The notes under the pieces were generated by a model. The model was not told where the DNA came from and searched no databases. It was given only the letters and a program-made list of their open reading frames with translations. A stretch of 64,000 bases of DNA from Acidobacteriota bacterium (lineage in GTDB: Bacteria; Acidobacteriota; UBA890; WLXD01), in contig CBDBHB010000009.1 in NCBI GenBank assembly GCA_965205505.1, positions 544,001 through 608,000 on the forward strand, in the 5' to 3' direction. The stretch's first letter is position 1, and every line of letters begins with the position of its first letter. Below, piece after piece: positions 58,258 through 64,000 of the stretch. The position numbers were made by a program, and so were the translations under genes.

Positions 58258-61200
58258 TCAGAAGATGTGGCCGATGCCGAAATGGAAGCGCCCGCCGGGG
58301 GCGTCGGGCAAGTGCGACAGATCGCTGAGGCGCACGCCGTAGTCGAATCGCAGCGTCAGGTATGGGGTTACCAACCGTAGCCCCAGCCCGGTCGAGAGCT
58401 TCAGCCGTCCCAGGCGTAGGTCAGACGCCGTAGCGAAGGCGCTGCCTGCGTCCAGGAAGCCCACGCCGCGAATCCAGTGCCAGATCGGAAACCGCACCTC
58501 CTGATTGAGCACCAACACGGCGTTGCCGCCGGGGACGAAGCTGCCGAAGAACTCTGTTCCGCCAACGGCGTCATCCGGGTAGCCGCGGAGAGAGGTCGAG
58601 CCACCGGCTACGAAGCGCTCGCTGCGTGGTAGTTGCGTCGATGTGGGATCGAGGCTGGCGCCGCTGCCGAAGCGAATCGCGCTGGCGAAAGTCAGTCGGC
58701 CCAGGCTGAAGAACGCATATTGCTGCAAGTGCAGCTTGCGAAACAGTAGCTCCGACTCGAGCGCGGCCGGCGCCCACTCGAGGGTGGCGCTCTGGAACAG
58801 CCCGCGGCTGGGCTCGAGCCGATCGTCGCGGGTATCGTGGATGATCGTCGGCACCAGGCGGGCGGAGGTTACGGGCTCGAGTTGAAAGTCCTGGCCGATC
58901 AACGTCGAGCGAGCACGCTTGAAGTTGTAGCTGTAGCCGACCGTCAGCGACGACGACAGGCGGAGACGCTGCTCCAGGGTGAACCGGGTGTCGTCGACGC
59001 GGGTGGTGAAGAAGCCCTCGGTCTCGCTGCGGGAGAGCTCGCCGATCAGCGATGTGCGTACCGGTGCTCCAAAGAAGCCGCGGAAACCGAGCACACCGCG
59101 TACCAGTCTGTCCTTGCCGCGATAGCGGGCTGTCGCGCTGAGCTCGGCGGGCAGGCCGAGCAGGGCGCTGTGGCTCAGTGTGGCGGCAATGCCCGGCCGT
59201 GTCTGGCGCTGATCCTCCAGGGTTTCGTCGCTGAACAGCTGAACTCCGTAGCGTAACCGCAGGCGCGGCTGTTCCTCGACCTCTACAAGCAGGAATACCG
59301 GTTGGCGCCCGTTCCTGGAAGGGCCATTCGACTGGACTTCCAACTTGATGCGCTCGAACACGCCCGTGGCATAGAGGCGTTGCCTCGCCGCCTGAACATC
59401 GCGCAAGACAAGAGGCGCGCCGCGTTGGGCCCTGACCGCGCCGCTGACCACCGAGCGTCGCACACGCTCGAGGCCATCGATACGCACGTCCGTGAGGATC
59501 TGCTGCGGCGCTTCGTCGATATGCATTACCACATCGACGCGGGAAGTCTCCGCGTTAGCCTCGATGGTCGCTCTTACGGTGGTGCCGTTGTGGCCCCGTT
59601 GAAGGTAGGCCTCGAGCACGGCGTCGACGGCCATGGCCAGCTCGCCGCGGTCGTAGGCGCCGTCGAGCCGCGTTGCCAATACTTCGCGCAACGTCGCCTC
59701 GCCGACTGCGGCATTGCCAGTGAAGCTCACTTGGCCGAGCCGATAGCGATTCCCTTCCTCGATCTCGATGCGCATGCGCGCATCGTCGCCGTCGATCTCG
59801 GGCCCGGAGGCCTGTACGATGGCGTCAACCCAACCTCGCTCGACGTAGAGGGCGCGCACGGCAGACGCGAGCTCGTCCCCTTGTGTCCAATCGGTTGCCG
59901 CGAGCTCTTGCTCGCGCAAGCGGCGGCGAATGGCCTCCGTGTCCAGGAAGGCGTTGCCGACTATCGAAGATTCACGTCGACGGTACCGCTCGCCCGGGTC
60001 GAAGCGCAGCAGGATCTCCTTGCGGGCTCCGTCCCCGATCAACTCGACAGCCACCGCGGGTCGCACGTGACCGCGCTTGGCGAGGTAAGCACGCACGATC
60101 TGCCGCATGTCTTCGAGAAGGAACTCGGTCAGGACGCTGTCTCCCCACGTCTCGAGCAACTCCTGACGCACGCCGTTCGGGAGGTCGCCCTCCACCGTGA
60201 GCACGGTTTCAGGGCCGCGATCGATGGCGTACGTCAGGTCGATGCCGGTGATCTCGCTCCGGTCCGTGCCGGCTGGCGGCGAGCGGCGGGCGCTGATGTC
60301 GGCTTCCAGATACCCCCGCTGGTGATATAGCCGCAACAAGCGGTCACGGTCTTCCTGCCAGCGGAGGAAGTCGAAGCGATCGCCCAAGCCGACTCGTAAC
60401 TCCCGCCGTAGGACGTCCTCCGTGTACCCTGAGCTTCCCTCGAATTGCACCGAGCGTACTCGCGGAGCCGGGCGGCGGGCGCTCGCGCCACGTGCGTCAC
60501 CGCCCAGGACCAGCCGATGCTGGAGCTCGACCGAGCGCGTGCCGTCGTCGAATGTGCCGCCGCGCAGCGCCAGACCGAAGGGAAGGCGCACGGTTCCGAT
60601 CCAGCTACGCTCGTCGGCGTTGGTGAGGTTCTGCGAGAACACCAGGTCGAACGTATTCTTGATTCTCCTGGTAAGCGTGAGACGCGCGGCCAGGTCGGTG
60701 TCGCGTGGAAACAATTCGCTCTGGGCTGCCGCGGGTACGCCGCCGCGCTCGAACCGCACCGACTCGAAGCCCAGCTGGCGAACCGCGCCCGCCAGATACT
60801 GGCCGGTGAGCAAATCGAACGCTTGCTCCGCCAGTACCTCGCGGCCGGCGTCGCCTGCGGCCGCCAAAGTGCGGCCGGTGGCCATGAGCGACAGCACGTC
60901 TCCGGAGTCCAGACCGGACTCGGCGCTGGCCTCGACAGTGGGGTTGAAGGCGCTGCCGGTCAGCACAACGCTGATCTGCTCGCCACCGATCTCGGCACGT
61001 GCGGCGATGTTGAGCGTCGGCGCGACGCGGTTCGTCTCGGCGAACTCGATGACCCCCAGATCGACACTGTAGGCGTTGCCGGCGAGGCGTACGATGCCGC
61101 CCTCGCGCACCGTCAGTCGGCCAACCACACCAGGGCGTGCGAACGTGCCGACGATCTGGAGGTCTGCTGCCAGGCCGAGCTCTGCGTAGGGGGTGTCGAT

Positions 61201-64000
61201 ACGGAGGTCGTCAACGGTGTTGACGCGTATGTCGTAGCTCAGATCGTCAAGCGGCGTGGGAACGGCGGACGCGCGCACCTGGGTCGCGGCCGAGGCCCCT
61301 AGCAGGTCGGCCGCAAGCGAGGCGTCGGTGCGATAGCCACCCGCGAGCAGGCGAATTTCTCCGAAGGCCCGGAGGCCGCCCTGCGGCGGCGCGCTGATGG
61401 TCACGTCCACATCGCCGAGCGCCCGACCGCCGCCGCCCTCGACCACGATCGAGCGCGCAGTGATTCCGGCGAGCCCGGTGGGGCTCATGGGGTCGGCCAG
61501 GTCGAAGTCGAGAAACAGTGTCGCCGTGCCACCGTTGACGATGCCGCGTAGCCCGTCGGTGTGGATCTCCGTGTTGGTGATCGTCAGCGTACCGTTGACG
61601 TCGCTCACCACAATCTGCGGATCAGCGCTGATGAAGCCGACGTCGGTGAGCTCGATACGTCCGTCGAAGCTGGGCCGCGTCGCCGTGCCGGTGATTTCGA
61701 GTGTGGCGTGTGCGCCCCCTTCGACTACCCCGGCCTCGATCATCGGCGCGATCCAGTCGAGCTGCAAATGTGACTCGAGCTGCAAATCGAGCTGCTGTCG
61801 ATCACCGAGCTCGATTGCGCCCGCTACGACCAAGCTGACGTCGTCCTTACCCGGCTGCGTCCATATCCAGTCGACGATACGCACTGCTCCGTCTTCCAGG
61901 CGCACTCGTGTCGGTCGGAGCTGGGACACCGTGACGCCGTTGCTGCTGAGTCTCAAAGAGTCCAGTTGAAGATCTGCACGGGCGTCGGCGAGCTCCAATG
62001 TAGGCATAGCCACCTGCAGCGACAACGTGGCCTCGCCGTCAAACTCGGCGGTCAGCTCAGGACCGAGGAGCGGCGCTAACTCGGCCGCGAGTACCGGGCC
62101 GAGCCGAGCCCGCAATACTGCCGGCTCGGCTGTTGGCCGTTCGGTGTCTCCCAAGATCAGGGCCAGCGGGACCTCGGCATCGGCCTCCAGCTCGGCACCC
62201 CGCCAGCGCCCCCGCAGCTCTCCCACATGCAAACCGCGCCCGTCGACCGAGGCTTGCAGCTGCAAGCTTTCCAGCGTCGCTGTGTCGTTGAGCTCTACCT
62301 CGCCGTCGATGATTCGAACTGACCCCGCAGGCTGCGGCTCCAACAGCGTGCCGCCGACGTGCAGGTCGGCGTCAAGATCTCCGGACAACACGACCCGTCG
62401 CGTGTCGGGCGCACCGGTGGCGAGCGCTAGCCCCATCGTGGCCAGGTCAGAGAGCCGCGAAAGGTCTCCGCGCAGGCGGCCATGGAGGCCCGGCAGGGAC
62501 GGGTCGCTGCCCAGCGCGCCGGCAACCGACAGGTCGAGGTCGCCGACGCGTAGTACAAGGTCCTCGACGCTCACCTCGGTCGGACTCCAGGTCACCCGTC
62601 CGGGAATCACGCTGCGAACCGGGAATCGTGGTAGGTCCACATGCAACGACCAAAGGTCGACCACCACAGTCGATGTTGCAAGATCGACGCCGACAGCGAC
62701 TTCGGCGCGGGCCGATTCTATGTAGGCTAGCTCCGGTCGGTCGCCGAGGTTGCCGGGCGCCGTCAGATCGAGCTCCCCCAGAAGGTCGATGTGCTCGCCG
62801 CCCGGGTTGATTACACCGCGGACTCTCAGCTGGTTGCTGCCGGCGCTGGCGGTCAGCTCGTCGATGCGAATGCCGTGCGTGGTGGGCGACAAGCGAGCCT
62901 GCGCATCGATGGATATGCCGTCGGCGACACGAATGGCGTGCGCGTCAACAGTGCCCTCGATTCCCGGCAGAGGTAGCGGCCCCGCGAGCGTCAGATCCCA
63001 ATCGAGCGATCCGCTGACGCCACCGCTGGCGGCCAGCCGCTCGCCGAGTCGCACAGCGTCGAGGGCGGCTTCGAGATCAGTCACGCTCCCACGTACCCGT
63101 CCTGCGACGTGACCACCGGCGTTCAGCTCCAGGTCGGCTTTCATGGTGCCGCCAGGGAACTGCAACGACGCATCATGCAGGGCGATCGAATCGCCGCTTG
63201 TCACGATGTCGGCCGCCGCCGTCAACCAACCCGTCGCGCCGAAACGAAGCTGCTCAACATCTGCGTGTCCGGAGATCCGCGGTTCGAGCACGCTTCCCGT
63301 GATAGCGAGGTCCGCCGTTGCTTGCCCGTCTGCCCTGGCAAGCACGCCCAGGAGATCAGGTGCAACGTCGATGAGACGGCGCGCCACCGAGCCCACGTTG
63401 TCGACGGTGAGGTGCGCTGTGCCGTCGAGGGTGCGGCCTTCGACGGCACCCGTCAGCTCGGCCCCGATCCGCAGCCCCGCGGCTACGTCAGCGTCGACGC
63501 TGGTGCGCCACACACCAGCGGACAGGTCGGCCTCCAGGCGCCCATCGACTGCTACCGCGCCGGCATCCGGCGAGCTTCCGTCAAAGCTCATCAGCACGGA
63601 CGCCGTGATGTCGGCGATCGCCGGCGCCGGCCCGGGCCACTCGGCGTGCACCTCGCCGCTCAGCCGTGTGGCGGGAACAATCCAGCCGGAGCTCAGCGCT
63701 GCGGCGAGCAGCGGTGCGGGGTCGACGTTCTCCCACCTCATTAGCAAGCGGCTCACCGCGCCCGCCGCGAGACCGATGTGCAGGTCACCGGTCAGGTCGC
63801 CGCCGCCGAGCTCGGCGCGCAGCGCGTCGATGCGGATCGCCTGTTGATCGGCCTGGATGTGGCCGTGGAGTCGTCGCAACGACACACCCCTCGACAACGC
63901 CGTTTCGATATCCAGCGTCATATCTACAGTCGGCGTCATCGCCGGACCGCTTAGCCGCCCCGCCACCGACAGCGCGCCGCCTGCCACGTCGAGCCCGCCA
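58258..64000 (-). CDS. very large TamB/AsmA-like + POTRA + Omp85 (TamA/BamA-like) fusion, 5'-truncated
   Basis: More than 1900 aa with no stop: AsmA/TamB-like beta-rich region, POTRA-like units, GGSTSLRGY loop, C-terminal beta-signal FHFGIGHIF. Confidence 0.85.
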   Translation of the reverse strand, partial: GGLDVAGGALSVAGRLSGPAMTPTVDMTLDIETALSRGVSLRRLHGHIQADQQAIRIDALRAELGGGDLTGDLHIGLAAGAVSRLLMRWENVDPAPLLAAALSSGWIVPATRLSGEVHAEWPGPAPAIADITASVLMSFDGSSPDAGAVAVDGRLEADLSAGVWRTSVDADVAAGLRIGAELTGAVEGRTLDGTAHLTVDNVGSVARRLIDVAPDLLGVLARADGQATADLAITGSVLEPRISGHADVEQLRFGATGWLTAAADIVTSGDSIALHDASLQFPGGTMKADLELNAGGHVAGRVRGSVTDLEAALDAVRLGERLAASGGVSGSLDWDLTLAGPLPLPGIEGTVDAHAIRVADGISIDAQARLSPTTHGIRIDELTASAGSNQLRVRGVINPGGEHIDLLGELDLTAPGNLGDRPELAYIESARAEVAVGVDLATSTVVVDLWSLHVDLPRFPVRSVIPGRVTWSPTEVSVEDLVLRVGDLDLSVAGALGSDPSLPGLHGRLRGDLSRLSDLATMGLALATGAPDTRRVVLSGDLDADLHVGGTLLEPQPAGSVRIIDGEVELNDTATLESLQLQASVDGRGLHVGELRGRWRGAELEADAEVPLALILGDTERPTAEPAVLRARLGPVLAAELAPLLGPELTAEFDGEATLSLQVAMPTLELADARADLQLDSLRLSSNGVTVSQLRPTRVRLEDGAVRIVDWIWTQPGKDDVSLVVAGAIELGDRQQLDLQLESHLQLDWIAPMIEAGVVEGGAHATLEITGTATRPSFDGRIELTDVGFISADPQIVVSDVNGTLTITNTEIHTDGLRGIVNGGTATLFLDFDLADPMSPTGLAGITARSIVVEGGGGRALGDVDVTISAPPQGGLRAFGEIRLLAGGYRTDASLAADLLGASAATQVRASAVPTPLDDLSYDIRVNTVDDLRIDTPYAELGLAADLQIVGTFARPGVVGRLTVREGGIVRLAGNAYSVDLGVIEFAETNRVAPTLNIAARAEIGGEQISVVLTGSAFNPTVEASAESGLDSGDVLSLMATGRTLAAAGDAGREVLAEQAFDLLTGQYLAGAVRQLGFESVRFERGGVPAAAQSELFPRDTDLAARLTLTRRIKNTFDLVFSQNLTNADERSWIGTVRLPFGLALRGGTFDDGTRSVELQHRLVLGGDARGASARRPAPRVRSVQFEGSSGYTEDVLRRELRVGLGDRFDFLRWQEDRDRLLRLYHQRGYLEADISARRSPPAGTDRSEITGIDLTYAIDRGPETVLTVEGDLPNGVRQELLETWGDSVLTEFLLEDMRQIVRAYLAKRGHVRPAVAVELIGDGARKEILLRFDPGERYRRRESSIVGNAFLDTEAIRRRLREQELAATDWTQGDELASAVRALYVERGWVDAIVQASGPEIDGDDARMRIEIEEGNRYRLGQVSFTGNAAVGEATLREVLATRLDGAYDRGELAMAVDAVLEAYLQRGHNGTTVRATIEANAETSRVDVVMHIDEAPQQILTDVRIDGLERVRRSVVSGAVRAQRGAPLVLRDVQAARQRLYATGVFERIKLEVQSNGPSRNGRQPVFLLVEVEEQPRLRLRYGVQLFSDETLEDQRQTRPGIAATLSHSALLGLPAELSATARYRGKDRLVRGVLGFRGFFGAPVRTSLIGELSRSETEGFFTTRVDDTRFTLEQRLRLSSSLTVGYSYNFKRARSTLIGQDFQLEPVTSARLVPTIIHDTRDDRLEPSRGLFQSATLEWAPAALESELLFRKLHLQQYAFFSLGRLTFASAIRFGSGASLDPTSTQLPRSERFVAGGSTSLRGYPDDAVGGTEFFGSFVPGGNAVLVLNQEVRFPIWHWIRGVGFLDAGSAFATASDLRLGRLKLSTGLGLRLVTPYLTLRFDYGVRLSDLSHLPDAPGGRFHFGIGHIF

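Overview
A 64-kb, GC-rich chromosomal segment from a diderm bacterium. The gene content is compatible with Acidobacteriota or Gemmatimonadota, but this is an inference. About 55 CDS cover peptide and amino-acid scavenging, envelope and stress functions, transport and signalling. There is a cobalamin riboswitch with btuDCF. I saw no rRNA, tRNA, CRISPR array, prophage or transposase. Main points of interest: (1) an operon in which a SpoIIE/PP2C phosphatase and a LytS-type histidine kinase carry duplicated copies of the same membrane sensor, followed by a LytTR regulator, a bactofilin-like membrane protein, an ABC exporter and a large CPBP protease; (2) a double ATP-cone/2-phosphoglycerate kinase/ApgM-type mutase fusion; (3) two exported proteins built from 29-aa 'RIHGV' repeats with a 3-unit super-repeat; (4) two copies of a CTAG-bounded MITE flanking udk, plus a separate REPIN-like element; (5) a TamB-POTRA-Omp85 fusion; (6) a shared ECF promoter motif; (7) a decaying block at 3.5-6.9 kb, and four single-base frameshifts elsewhere that may be long-read sequencing errors.
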